Below the pieces are notes generated by a model that saw nothing but the letters and a program-made list of their open reading frames with translations, ran no database searches and had not been told where the DNA came from. Source: an uncultured Nitrospiraceae bacterium (GTDB taxonomy: Bacteria; Nitrospirota; Nitrospiria; Nitrospirales; UBA2166). From it: a DNA stretch of 64,000 bases. The stretch lies in assembly GCA_964463965.1 (NCBI GenBank), contig CAYXED010000009.1, forward strand, positions 479-64,478. Direction: 5' to 3'. Within the stretch, counting starts at the first letter, position 1, and every line of letters starts with the position of its first letter. The position numbers and the translations under genes are program-made. Of the stretch, positions 45,900-55,464 are shown piece after piece.

Positions 45900-45971
45900 G
45901 TGGTTGTGTTTGCAGAATGGGATTCGTTTAGAGTATTCAAATACTGATATAACAGGAGATAGGAAGAGTTT

Positions 45972-46208
45972 ATGTATATGCGTCAAAAACAATTGCTTAG
46001 AGTGGATGAGACAGCAGCATTGCTGAATGTCAGTCGATGGACAGTATATCGTTGGGTCGACGAAGGGAGTCTTGTTGGTACAAAGATTGGAAAAGGAAGT
46101 CTGCGAATTTTTTCACGATCAGTGCACGCACTTATACGTAATAATACTACCTCTGAGAATGCGATGGGAGAATATAATGAAGCTCTTTATAGCCATTATC
46201 AGCTTTAA
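45972..46208 (+). CDS. HTH_17 (excisionase-like) DNA-binding protein
   Basis: LLRVDETAALLNVSRWTVYRWVDEGSLVGTKIGKGSLRI. Confidence 0.8.
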   Translation: MYMRQKQLLRVDETAALLNVSRWTVYRWVDEGSLVGTKIGKGSLRIFSRSVHALIRNNTTSENAMGEYNEALYSHYQL

Positions 46209-47076
46209 TTTGCTTTTAGTCACTTCTCCAGCCTTTGCCACGCTGAATGTATTTGCCTGTGAACCAGAATGGAAGTCCCTCATTGAGGCAATCGGTGGTG
46301 ACCTCGTAAAAGCCTATTCAGCAACGAATGCCTTTCAAGACTCTCATCACATAGAAGCGCGGCCTTCTTTAATCGCTAAAACGCGCCAGGCAGACCTGAT
46401 GGTATGTACTGGTGCTGGCCTTGAAATAGGGTGGCTCCCTTTGCTGCAAAGGCAGTCTGGTAATGCGGCCATTCAAACAACTAAACCAGGATTTTTCTCA
46501 GCCACATCTCAGGTAGAACTCCTCGAGGTGCCCAAAGAGGTTGATCGTGCCCAAGGCGACATTCACGCAAGTGGCAACCCTCATGTTCATTGGGACCCAT
46601 ACCGGATGATCACAATCGCTGAGGCGATCACAAAACGTTTGCAAATGCTTGATCCAAAGCACTTCGATGATTATCAGAAAAAACTTGAAACGTTTATTGT
46701 AGATTGGAAAACGCATATACGACATTGGGAAACGGAAGCAATGGGATTGCGCGGGAAGAAAGCGATCGTTTATCACAGGAGCTGGAGTTATTTACTTAAC
46801 TGGTTAAATGTTGAGGTAGTCGGCAACCTAGAACCAAAGCCAGGTGTCCCTCCAACCAGTTCACATCTGACGACTTTGGTGAACAAGGCCCGCTCAGATA
46901 AACCGGATTATATTTTGATTGCCAATTTCCAAGACGAAAGAGGTGCTCAATGGCTCAGAGAAAAGATCAATGTTCCAATTCTAAACTTGCCTTTTACGGT
47001 CGGCGGAAGTAAGCAAGCGAAGGACTTGGTCTCACTCTATAGCGAAGTGATTACGGCATTAGTGGAAGCTGAATAA
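46177..47076 (+). CDS. Zn/Mn ABC transporter substrate-binding protein (ZnuA-like)
   Basis: DSHHIEARPS, GAGLEIGWL, GDIHASGNPHVHWDP, YH and EPKPGVPP. Start moved to ATG 46177 (GGGAG RBS, signal peptide). Confidence 0.9.
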   Translation: MKLFIAIISFNLLLVTSPAFATLNVFACEPEWKSLIEAIGGDLVKAYSATNAFQDSHHIEARPSLIAKTRQADLMVCTGAGLEIGWLPLLQRQSGNAAIQTTKPGFFSATSQVELLEVPKEVDRAQGDIHASGNPHVHWDPYRMITIAEAITKRLQMLDPKHFDDYQKKLETFIVDWKTHIRHWETEAMGLRGKKAIVYHRSWSYLLNWLNVEVVGNLEPKPGVPPTSSHLTTLVNKARSDKPDYILIANFQDERGAQWLREKINVPILNLPFTVGGSKQAKDLVSLYSEVITALVEAE

Positions 47077-47088
47077 GGGACCGTTTTA

Positions 47089-47880
47089 ATGGACCAACTT
47101 TTTTTTCAAGCTGAAATACTTTGGCCTGCGATGGTTGTAGGCCTGCTTGTTGTGGCAACACATGTTCCTTTGGGAAGGGAAGTTTTTCAGAGGGGCATTA
47201 TTTTTGTGGACTTGGCTATTGCTCAAATTGCAGCATTTGGGGTAATCGCGTCGAATACAATAGAGCTCTATGATCATGGCAATCAATCGCACATCCATAT
47301 TCCGCCAACATTGATTGCAATTGGGACAGCCATTATGGGTTCTTTATTTCTATACAAACTGAGAAAATTGGAGGTGCGCGTTCAGGAGTCAATTATAGGC
47401 ATTCTGTTTATACTTGCGGCGACTGGGATTTTATTGCTCCTATCGGTTCATCCACATGGAGGGGAACAATTAAAGGAGACTCTCATTGGCCAAATTTTAT
47501 GGCTTCAGGCAAAAGAGCTACTACCGCTTTTTCTCTCTTATACAGCGATACTTTTCGTTTGGTACACTTTACGAAATAAACTAGGCGAGTGGCTTTTTTA
47601 TCCACTATTTGCAGTTACCATTACCTTATCGACTCAAGTTGTTGGGGTCTACTTGGTGTTTGCTAGTTTAATCATTCCGACTTTAGCAACATTCAAACAT
47701 AGAAACCCCTTAGTAAAAGCATTTGTACTGGGTGTGATGGGATACGCAACCGGGTTGATATTTTCGGCACTTTTTGATTTTCCAGCCGGAGCCGCTATAG
47801 TCTGGTGTTTAGCGCTTATCGCACTGTTCTACTATTGTGTGTCAGTGTTGTTGGAAAAAATCAATCACGATAGCATATAG
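47089..47880 (+). CDS. Zn/Mn ABC transporter permease (ZnuB-like)
   Basis: RGIIFVDLAIAQIAAFG, QESIIG and VGVYLVFASLIIP; multiple TM helices. Confidence 0.9.
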   Translation: MDQLFFQAEILWPAMVVGLLVVATHVPLGREVFQRGIIFVDLAIAQIAAFGVIASNTIELYDHGNQSHIHIPPTLIAIGTAIMGSLFLYKLRKLEVRVQESIIGILFILAATGILLLLSVHPHGGEQLKETLIGQILWLQAKELLPLFLSYTAILFVWYTLRNKLGEWLFYPLFAVTITLSTQVVGVYLVFASLIIPTLATFKHRNPLVKAFVLGVMGYATGLIFSALFDFPAGAAIVWCLALIALFYYCVSVLLEKINHDSI

Positions 47881-47960
47881 ACGGGGTGTACCTAGGTATA
47901 GCTTGGAAGGATTCTTTTTGTGATTGGGTGGAGTGTTTTGTCTGAAGAAGCAAAGCTAAA

Positions 47961-48626
47961 TCAGAAATTGATCAGAATACCGAGTGTAATTGGCCAAAAC
48001 TTTACGTCAAGTTCTGACTTAGATGAGGGGATCATTCCGTAGTAGTAGCCGGATTCTGCATAGAGAGAGAGATTTGGTGCGACAAGGTACTCTGCTCCGA
48101 GGCGACTACTAAATACAAGACCTTCATCGTCTGTTAGTTCGAAGGATTCATTGGTTGAGTTTAAATTATAGCTCCCATATCCGACCCCACCCACACCATA
48201 AAAATTAAATTTACGTGGATTGGTTACTCGGTCCCATAAATACCCCTTACTATTTAGAGAGAACACCGTGCCTTGCGTTGTGCCAAAGTCTGCATCTCCA
48301 GGGAAGGCTGCATGTGAGGCTCGTGTAGTAAAGTCGGCTAGGGTAAACATTCCTTCAAACTCGAGGTCAAAACGTGATGTGATGTTATAGCCGAGTTTGA
48401 GGTTTAAGCCGGGGGCGTCACTGGTAGGGAAAGTTGTCCCATCGACGAAAGTTGATTGTAGGATATCAGTTTCGAGAGTGGGACTAGAAAAGTTACTAAC
48501 CGCGTATGTAACTCCCAAGGCACCATAAAACCCGTCGTTGGGATCAGTAGCGTCTTGGGCGCTTGAGAGCACAGGAAGAGTGATAAAACTAATCAAACAT
48601 AAGAGAATGAGAGATACTGGTTTCAT
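47961..48626 (-). CDS. Small outer-membrane beta-barrel protein (paralogue)
   Basis: Signal peptide; GLNLKLGY, RFDLEF, NSKGY, LGAEY and C-terminal INF. Confidence 0.8.
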   Translation of the reverse strand: MKPVSLILLCLISFITLPVLSSAQDATDPNDGFYGALGVTYAVSNFSSPTLETDILQSTFVDGTTFPTSDAPGLNLKLGYNITSRFDLEFEGMFTLADFTTRASHAAFPGDADFGTTQGTVFSLNSKGYLWDRVTNPRKFNFYGVGGVGYGSYNLNSTNESFELTDDEGLVFSSRLGAEYLVAPNLSLYAESGYYYGMIPSSKSELDVKFWPITLGILINF

Positions 48627-48795
48627 CGTCGTTATCTCTTCCTAGAGAGAGTCAAATTCTACCGAATTCAGTCAGAGAAAGCCAATATGCGTATAAATTT
48701 TAGTAACCAAAGTGTTGTGAGTAGGTACAGCACAATACTGATTATGCGCCCTTTGAATCATCATCAACCAGAAGCATAAACCAGTTTTTATGCCA

Positions 48796-49017
48796 TCAAG
48801 TGATTTCAGGACTGTTGCAGGCTCTGATATTTCGAACAGCCTCCGCAACGGCGCGTAATTCTCTCTGGATTTCTCCGTGAAACATAATTTTCGAGGGGGT
48901 TCCATACTCAGCTGATGCTTGTGGGATCGTCTGACTAATGTAGGGCAGTGATGCAATGCTGAGTGCGATCAAAGCAAAACCAACGAGAATGGCTTTTGGT
49001 GTGGTGAGTGTGGTCAT
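48796..49017 (-). CDS. Small membrane-anchored hypothetical protein
   Basis: GAGGAAGG RBS before MTTLTTPKAILVGFALIALSIA (one TM segment). Confidence 0.5.
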   Translation of the reverse strand: MTTLTTPKAILVGFALIALSIASLPYISQTIPQASAEYGTPSKIMFHGEIQRELRAVAEAVRNIRACNSPEIT

Positions 49018-49103
49018 GCCTTCCTCCTCTATTTTCACTTCCACCATGGTAGGCGTCCAAGGTGATTGTTAGTGTTCCCGTTCACTGAGGTCCGGTAAGA
49101 CTA

Positions 49104-49328
49104 TTATTCTTGAGATGGTGGTTTACATGTATTGAGGCCAAGAAGTGCATAGAGTGGGCAGATGGTAACAACCCCTGTGACCAAGCTAACACCTCCCAGC
49201 GTATAGAGTGTCCATTGCCATATTTGTGTTATGCCTAGTATTTGTGAAAAGTAGCCTAAAACAAGAAGTCCAATACCGCCAACAATTCTCAGTGTGCGAT
49301 CTGTTGCACCAACGTTACACATTGTCAT
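49104..49328 (-). CDS. DUF2892 (YgaP-like) membrane protein
   Basis: CNVGATDRTLRI...CPLYALLGLNTC. Confidence 0.88.
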   Translation of the reverse strand: MTMCNVGATDRTLRIVGGIGLLVLGYFSQILGITQIWQWTLYTLGGVSLVTGVVTICPLYALLGLNTCKPPSQE

Positions 49329-49371
49329 GACGTTCTCCTTTCAGGTAAGAGGTGCCATTGTGGTGGGTATG

Positions 49372-50007
49372 TCAAAAGTTTAGCATCACGCCAGCTTTAA
49401 TAGGAATAAACGATCTGTCATCAAGGTTGCCGAGTCCGAGGTAATAAGATATTTCGCTATAAAGGGAGAGGGTGCTTGTGAGAGTATACTCAGCTCCCAC
49501 GCCGGCGTGTAGCATCAATCCAATACTAGTTTCGGTTCTAAATGGTTCTTCGAGTTTTCTTTTTTCATTAAAGAGCCCATATCCAGCGCCAACAATCCCA
49601 TAAGGATGAAACTGACTCTTATTGATGACCCTGTCAGTAAAATAACCTTTGGCATTCATCGACAGCACGTTGCCCTTAATCCTTTCAAGCTCTTTCACTG
49701 TTTGATCTGGTTGCGTGCCTTCAACATTAAAACCGGCTAAGACAAGAGCATCGAATTCAACATCAAATTGAGAGTTCAGACTGTATCCAAACTTTAGGTT
49801 TCCCCCAATGGCATTATTTGCTGAGATAGTTGTGCCTGTCGGTAGTAGCCCTGTAGTGGTAAAGGGATCAAGGTCAAAACTTTGAACAGCAAATGCTCCA
49901 CCAAGAGTACCGTAAAATCCTGTCATCGGAGCTTTTTGTGCTGTTGCTAGGCTTGGTATAGCCATTACCACAAAACTCAAGAAGAGGATGGGGAATAGTG
50001 ATTTCAT
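49372..50007 (-). CDS. Small outer-membrane beta-barrel protein (paralogue)
   Basis: AGGAGG RBS; GGNLKFGY, NAKGY, GVGAEY, EISYYLGLGNLD and C-terminal LNF. Confidence 0.82.
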   Translation of the reverse strand: MKSLFPILFLSFVVMAIPSLATAQKAPMTGFYGTLGGAFAVQSFDLDPFTTTGLLPTGTTISANNAIGGNLKFGYSLNSQFDVEFDALVLAGFNVEGTQPDQTVKELERIKGNVLSMNAKGYFTDRVINKSQFHPYGIVGAGYGLFNEKRKLEEPFRTETSIGLMLHAGVGAEYTLTSTLSLYSEISYYLGLGNLDDRSFIPIKAGVMLNF

Positions 50008-50172
50008 TGTGGTCCTCCTTTTGATGATTGTTATCCTGAATTTTCCACAAATTCATGATTGCGGAATTTAAACAACATATATAACTGTAGCAAGATCTAT
50101 CAGATTTTTCTTCATGTTCTGAATACTACTCTTCTTCGATCAATCGTTCAAATATAGGGTGCCCAGGGGCAA

Positions 50173-52065
50173 TTATGCTTTTTCAAAGAGGGCATTAAGA
50201 GACGTATTTTCTAGGAGTGTGATGGTACAGGGGGCCGTCCCAAAACATTTGCTGCCACGCCAGCCAGAGAAAGCAAACCCAGGTGAGGGAAAAGCTGTAA
50301 GAGTGATACGGGTTCCCGCGTCGAAGGCGGCTTCACATGTGTTTCCACAGAGAATCCCTCTTGGGGTGCTGGTCACGTTGCCAGTTCCGGTGATAGCCAT
50401 ACTCAAGCGGATCTGAGGCACGGGTTGTTGTGGAAGAGTTGTTGGTGACGGAGGGTTGGGTGGAAGAGGAAGAGTTGTTGGTGACGGAGGTTTGGGTGTT
50501 TGGGGGATGGTATCTGTAGTTGGTGATTGTGGAGGCGTAATCTTGCGTGGCGCGGAGTCAATGTTGAGTGTGTATGGGCCAAGCCGAGATCCCGGTATAA
50601 TTGTGATATCAGTCAGTAGAGGACGCGAATATGTAAAGGTACATGTTTCTGGCATTACGTTGGTGATACAGGATCCGAATTGCTCACCTGTTAATCCGTC
50701 AGCTACAAGGAGATCAAAATTATTTGAGGTAGCATGGGTGAGTGTCAATCGTACAGTTTGAGCATCTTTCACTTTCAGGCGATACACATCGCGATCGCCG
50801 GGAAAGTTTATTGCTCCTCGGATGCGGATGCTATCGTTGGGACGAATCCCTCCTGCGTTGATGGGACCCACCTGTTCTTGTTCTGTGAGTAAGGTGTCTT
50901 TCACACTCTCGCGCTGTGGAATCTGTTCGACGATGATGTTATTGAGTTCATCGGTTTCTTCAATCACTTCCGTGTGATCAATCGAAACGACAATAAAGAG
51001 ATTCATCATCGCCTCAAGGTTTTTGAATTTCAGTTTAGCTGCGGTATTGGTTCTGATATTTTCATCAATGCAACGTTGGGTTAGCAGTTTGTCGTTGAGG
51101 TCTAAAATGATATCGCGTGAGAGGAAGACGCTTGCCATAATGCATTGATTTGGCAGTGGGCCTCCTAGTTGTGTAAAGGCAAGCTTGAGAACCAGTACAT
51201 CGCCTGAGTTCTTGATCTTATGTTTCAGTTTTTTAAGCGTTCCACTAAGGTCAAGAGGGAGGGTCGTGGGTATTGGTAGTGGGATGGGAGTTTGTGCTAC
51301 AGGGGGGGGTAATGGTAATGGAGTCGTGGAGGTTGAAGGTGGAGTAGCCGACTCGGTTAGGAGGGGGAACTTTACTGCATGGGCCCCGGCAATATCATCC
51401 GGTTGGATCGTGTCTATCGCGTCTCCAAGGGTATCAGATGACTTCATGATGCTGATTACATTTTGGCCATGCTGATCAGGATGATCAAGTCCCATGGAAT
51501 GCCCAACTTCGTGAATTGCGACACGAAGAAAATCGAGGAGAAGGCCTCCTTCTTCTGCTCGTTGTGTGGGCCCTGGGTAAGCATTCCACGCTGTTCTTGA
51601 ATTGAAGAGAATATCTGTTTCATAGTCTCGTGATCTTGCTCCATCAACAGACCCATCAGGGTTTCTTACCTCTATCCATCGTGCAATGTTCATTCCTACA
51701 GTATCTCCCCAATCTAGACCACATTGAGATGGCGTGAGGACTACGGTACTGAAACCATCCATCTGGCACCAATCACGGTCTTGTGGAGTTTCTAGACTAC
51801 TAAAGAAATTATGATCGGGTAGATGTCCAACACCTACATCATTCCATGCAGTTATGGCACGTTCGAGTAATAACGCGAAGCTTGTGTCCCCATAGCCGCT
51901 TGTTGGATTTGTATTAGTCGGGAGTAGATTGTTTAGTACAACGCGATTCCCTGGTGTGGGAGGTGTTAATACAAAGGAGTGTGCCGAATTTTGTACGTTG
52001 ACCATGATGATGCATGTTGCGAGTGTAGCTATAATCCAGTGGTATTGGGTTTTAGGGGTGCTCAT
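50173..52065 (-). CDS. Matrixin (M10) metalloprotease + CARDB-like + PPC-like + InlB B-repeat
   Basis: ETDILFN, HEVGHSMGLDH, SIM Met-turn and DDIAG; IDHTEVIEETDELNN; GDRDVY; one terminal InlB-like repeat. Confidence 0.88.
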   Translation of the reverse strand: MSTPKTQYHWIIATLATCIIMVNVQNSAHSFVLTPPTPGNRVVLNNLLPTNTNPTSGYGDTSFALLLERAITAWNDVGVGHLPDHNFFSSLETPQDRDWCQMDGFSTVVLTPSQCGLDWGDTVGMNIARWIEVRNPDGSVDGARSRDYETDILFNSRTAWNAYPGPTQRAEEGGLLLDFLRVAIHEVGHSMGLDHPDQHGQNVISIMKSSDTLGDAIDTIQPDDIAGAHAVKFPLLTESATPPSTSTTPLPLPPPVAQTPIPLPIPTTLPLDLSGTLKKLKHKIKNSGDVLVLKLAFTQLGGPLPNQCIMASVFLSRDIILDLNDKLLTQRCIDENIRTNTAAKLKFKNLEAMMNLFIVVSIDHTEVIEETDELNNIIVEQIPQRESVKDTLLTEQEQVGPINAGGIRPNDSIRIRGAINFPGDRDVYRLKVKDAQTVRLTLTHATSNNFDLLVADGLTGEQFGSCITNVMPETCTFTYSRPLLTDITIIPGSRLGPYTLNIDSAPRKITPPQSPTTDTIPQTPKPPSPTTLPLPPNPPSPTTLPQQPVPQIRLSMAITGTGNVTSTPRGILCGNTCEAAFDAGTRITLTAFPSPGFAFSGWRGSKCFGTAPCTITLLENTSLNALFEKA

Positions 52066-52700
52066 GGGGAGAGCCTATCCTTGACCTCGTCTAGAAATTG
52101 AGAAAGTGATAATGGCGTGTTGTTGCGGCGTTGCGTGCGTGGTGGCGCTCCATGGTGTTTCTGGGGGTGGAGGGAAGGCTCGGTCACCACTGTGTCATTT
52201 TTTCCAATGCCGACAACAAGGCGACCATCGGATGCAACAAGGACTTCGGTTTTCGTATCAGGATCTTGGTGGACGCGGAATTGCCCTTGCGCGACGCCTA
52301 CAAGAGGAAACATTATGGTTCCATTGCCTTTTATAAACAGGGTGTATGTCACTCCACGTTGGAACGTTGGTGCTCCATGGACTTTCATGTGTTTGCCATC
52401 TACTACCCCACCAAGCATTTGTAGTGGGTAGGAAGCTTCGTTGTGCTCACCTTTCACCACTTCTCGAATGTGGAGCCAGACATCGGTGACAATGAGGCCG
52501 TCGGTGAGTATTCTTCCGTGCATCTCTTGCACGGTACCAACAAGGATTAAGTCTGCTTCTGCAATCAAGGCGGAGAATTTTTTGTCTTTTGCTACCAACG
52601 CAAGGCTTGGTGAGGAAACAAGCGTGAGAAGAAAGATTAAGGTTGCCAGAACTATTTTAGTCTGTAGGCGGGGAATATAATGGGCTAGATCATAGCGCAT
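52062..52700 (-). CDS. Secreted partner of matrixin (propeptide-like OB/TIMP-type domain)
   Basis: ADLILVGTV..IVTDV..EVVKG..LGGVVDG..V.GAPTF..LF pattern, known to me as an N-terminal partner of matrixins; ATGA overlap with the protease gene. Confidence 0.6.
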   Translation of the reverse strand: MRYDLAHYIPRLQTKIVLATLIFLLTLVSSPSLALVAKDKKFSALIAEADLILVGTVQEMHGRILTDGLIVTDVWLHIREVVKGEHNEASYPLQMLGGVVDGKHMKVHGAPTFQRGVTYTLFIKGNGTIMFPLVGVAQGQFRVHQDPDTKTEVLVASDGRLVVGIGKNDTVVTEPSLHPQKHHGAPPRTQRRNNTPLSLSQFLDEVKDRLSP

Positions 52701-52754
52701 GAGTTATGCCTCACAGAGTGTTTAGTTCCAACAATATCTTTAGGCTGCAAGCTA

Positions 52755-53018
52755 TTATGCTAGACGTTTTGAAAGAGTATTGTATATCCAGGCAAAGAAG
52801 AAAGTAGCTACCCCTCCATCGATAGCCCCCCAGAAAAGTCCAATAGTGCTTCCAAGTGGGGTGACGGTGTATCCCATGTAGGCAAGCCCTAACCAGTTTT
52901 CGAATTGATTCACATGTTCTGGGCTGCCAAAGGCGAGAACCCACCAGGTCATAAAAAAGACGCTGCCCCCCCAGATGAAAGCAGCAGTAATAGAAAAGGC
53001 CTTAATATTAAACAGCAT
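52755..53018 (-). CDS. Small two-TM membrane protein
   Basis: AAGGAG RBS before MLFNIKAF; Y.GY...LGS.IG..WG..DG motif. Confidence 0.65.
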   Translation of the reverse strand: MLFNIKAFSITAAFIWGGSVFFMTWWVLAFGSPEHVNQFENWLGLAYMGYTVTPLGSTIGLFWGAIDGGVATFFFAWIYNTLSKRLA

Positions 53019-53328
53019 ACGTTCTCCTTCAATTTTGTGATTTTTGCCTGGATTCTTATTAAAAAATACTACTGCAAGCAGCATTATAAGTAGTAGTACA
53101 AGCATTACTACTAGTCCAGGATGGATGATCGAGCTGCGAATAATCATGGGGCCTATGCTCAAGGATTTAAATGTTGAGTTGACGGCGTACCCGCATGTTT
53201 GCCTGTCAATGTAAAATGCTACGCCTATCTCTCGCAGAGGTCAAACAAAGGACCTGTGTCCTTCATCAAGAGTCAATGGGATTTCAATGAGTTAACGGGT
53301 TACACGCGCCTCCTTCTTTGTTCAGTTT

Positions 53329-54213
53329 TTATGGAAGAATGTCCACGGCAATAGGTTCAAAGGGGTTTTCAGTTGGACTTAATCTATAACCCATGCATGC
53401 GGGGAGCCTATTCTCGGGGCTTCCATCAACCCCTCGAGTGCTAAACTTGCTATGAAATATTTCTACGATCTGGGTAGTAAAAATAGCAGGAGCCAAGAAT
53501 GCTGAACCGTGATTCATGTGGAAATGGATATGTGCGTTGTTGCTGCCGGTATCCGGTGGTAAATAAAAATATGCAATGATCTGGCCCTTGGTAACCACAT
53601 CACCTGATTGAACTAAAATATAGGGTTTGTAAAACTCTGAGTCATTGGGGTTAATAAATGGTTCAATACTATATAGAAGATTAACATTTTGACCATTTTT
53701 TGTTGCCACTGTTAGTGATACTCCATATCGATAATTGTCGCCGACAGGAAAATATGTGTCGATATGATCAATGATTCCATCTGTGACTGCATAGATGGGA
53801 GGGTAGTTGGTGGGAATATTAATGCCATCTTTTGGCCAGGCATTATCAGCATTGTTTAGGTAGAGATGTCCTCCTGCATGAGGATTGATGCTATTGAGCC
53901 CTCGAAAACAGTGGCCATCAATGAGCAGACTAAAGTCCATAAGAAACTGATCGCTGGGTGTACTTAAAAACGATGAAATATCAGGAATTTCAAGGTCTTT
54001 TGCAGAGGACGTTGGGGTTGTTCCACTTTCGAGTACGGTGCTCCCAGTCGTATTGTCTTGAGATACTGGGATTATTTCATTTTCGAGTACATCGCCTTCA
54101 GTCGTATTATCTTGAAATATTGAGGTTACGCGATCGTCGACTCCACAGCTATTTATGGTGAGCGTACAGAGTATTCCAATGCAATACAGCATATAAGGGG
54201 GGTTTTTGATCAT
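53329..54213 (-). CDS. Lipoprotein with M23/LytM-like fold
   Basis: Lipobox INSC; HAGGH, PIYAVTDG, VQSGDVVTKGQ and HIHF. Short QDNTT duplication in the linker. Confidence 0.65.
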   Translation of the reverse strand: MIKNPPYMLYCIGILCTLTINSCGVDDRVTSIFQDNTTEGDVLENEIIPVSQDNTTGSTVLESGTTPTSSAKDLEIPDISSFLSTPSDQFLMDFSLLIDGHCFRGLNSINPHAGGHLYLNNADNAWPKDGINIPTNYPPIYAVTDGIIDHIDTYFPVGDNYRYGVSLTVATKNGQNVNLLYSIEPFINPNDSEFYKPYILVQSGDVVTKGQIIAYFYLPPDTGSNNAHIHFHMNHGSAFLAPAIFTTQIVEIFHSKFSTRGVDGSPENRLPACMGYRLSPTENPFEPIAVDILP

Positions 54214-54321
54214 TTGTTGTCCTTTGGAGTATGGTTTTGTAGTACCAGTCGGTACGTGATTAAGATATTAAGAAATTACCCGTTAGTATTGGCTTTTGAG
54301 ATTTTTATCAAGATCCATATT

Positions 54322-54828
54322 TTAAAACGATTCTTCAGTCTGTTGTATGGGTGTCGATGCGCTTCCTGACCATGCTGAGGCACACGTTTCATCGCCTGTA
54401 TCAAAGGTAAAAGCTAACGTTTTGTTATTTTCAGTCGCTGTGACATTTGATCTGAAAATTGAATTGAGAGGGCCTAGGGTTATGACAGCTGTAAAGGATG
54501 TCTGTGAAAAAATAATATCATCCATGCTGTATTGAAGTGTATCGTTTCCCAAAACACTCTCACCCTCTGAGGTAAGAACAAGTGTTCCTCGTCCTTGAGG
54601 CCGAATATTTACTGCTGTGTCCCAAAGAAAAGTTTCTCCTGTAAAGGTTGTGTCAATAGGGCATGCCGTGATGATTTCGATGGCTGTTCCAGTATAGGTT
54701 CCGACAATGTCGGTAAGTGTTAAACCTGTTGCTGGAGGTTGGGTATTAGTTCCATCACCACATGCGGAAGTGAGGATGGAGACAGTGAGTAGTGTAAGCA
54801 ATGTAGCTAATCCTTTGAGTCGATTCAT
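54322..54828 (-). CDS. Hypothetical lipoprotein
   Basis: Lipobox TSAC and a beta-rich body. Confidence 0.7.
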   Translation of the reverse strand: MNRLKGLATLLTLLTVSILTSACGDGTNTQPPATGLTLTDIVGTYTGTAIEIITACPIDTTFTGETFLWDTAVNIRPQGRGTLVLTSEGESVLGNDTLQYSMDDIIFSQTSFTAVITLGPLNSIFRSNVTATENNKTLAFTFDTGDETCASAWSGSASTPIQQTEESF

Positions 54829-54872
54829 CCATATACTCCGTCTTTGAGGTCTTTAATCTTGCGCGGCTGTCA

Positions 54873-55442
54873 CTACTCTCTTTTGTGAGTAGATAACCAC
54901 GTCTGTGCTAACTTCTCACCTTTAGAAACCTGCTCTTGAGAGAATTTTTTCATGGCGAGTTTTTTTGTTTTAAGTGCTCGGTCTTGAATAATTTTCGTGA
55001 GCTCGCCCTCGGAATCGTTTTTAGTTGAGGAGGCAATTGTATACCATTTGTATGCTTCAGTTTTGTTCTGTGGTAGGCCGTGCCCTGCTTCGTACAATAG
55101 CCCCAGTTTATATTGGGCTGAAATAAATCCCCCTTCTGCAGATTTTTGATACCATGATATGGCCTCGTCAGTGTTTTGTGGCGCTCCTGATCCTATATCG
55201 TACATTACTCCAACTTTGTATTGAGCTTCTGGGATATTAGCTAGTGCAGCAGGATATATTTTGGGAAATGACTCAGCATGCTCTTTCCTTTGATATGCCA
55301 TCAGCCCTTCTTTGTACAGACTGACATCGTACGAGTCTGTAGAATGGGAAGATGCTGAAGAATCTGTATTTGATTTAGGTTCACATCCGAGAATGAGAGC
55401 AAAAAGTATTATAAAACAACAAGCAATAAGTATTTTTTTCAT
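54873..55442 (-). CDS. Sel1-repeat lipoprotein
   Basis: Lipobox ILGC; AQYKVGVMY..G.G..Q...A..WY repeats. Confidence 0.88.
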   Translation of the reverse strand: MKKILIACCFIILFALILGCEPKSNTDSSASSHSTDSYDVSLYKEGLMAYQRKEHAESFPKIYPAALANIPEAQYKVGVMYDIGSGAPQNTDEAISWYQKSAEGGFISAQYKLGLLYEAGHGLPQNKTEAYKWYTIASSTKNDSEGELTKIIQDRALKTKKLAMKKFSQEQVSKGEKLAQTWLSTHKRE

Positions 55443-55464
55443 GGAACTCCCTTGGTTTATATAA

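Noticed and set aside
45972-53018. Prophage (excisionase-like HTH and a small holin-sized membrane protein)
   Set aside because: No integrase, terminase, capsid or lysin genes; the context is metal uptake and envelope genes.
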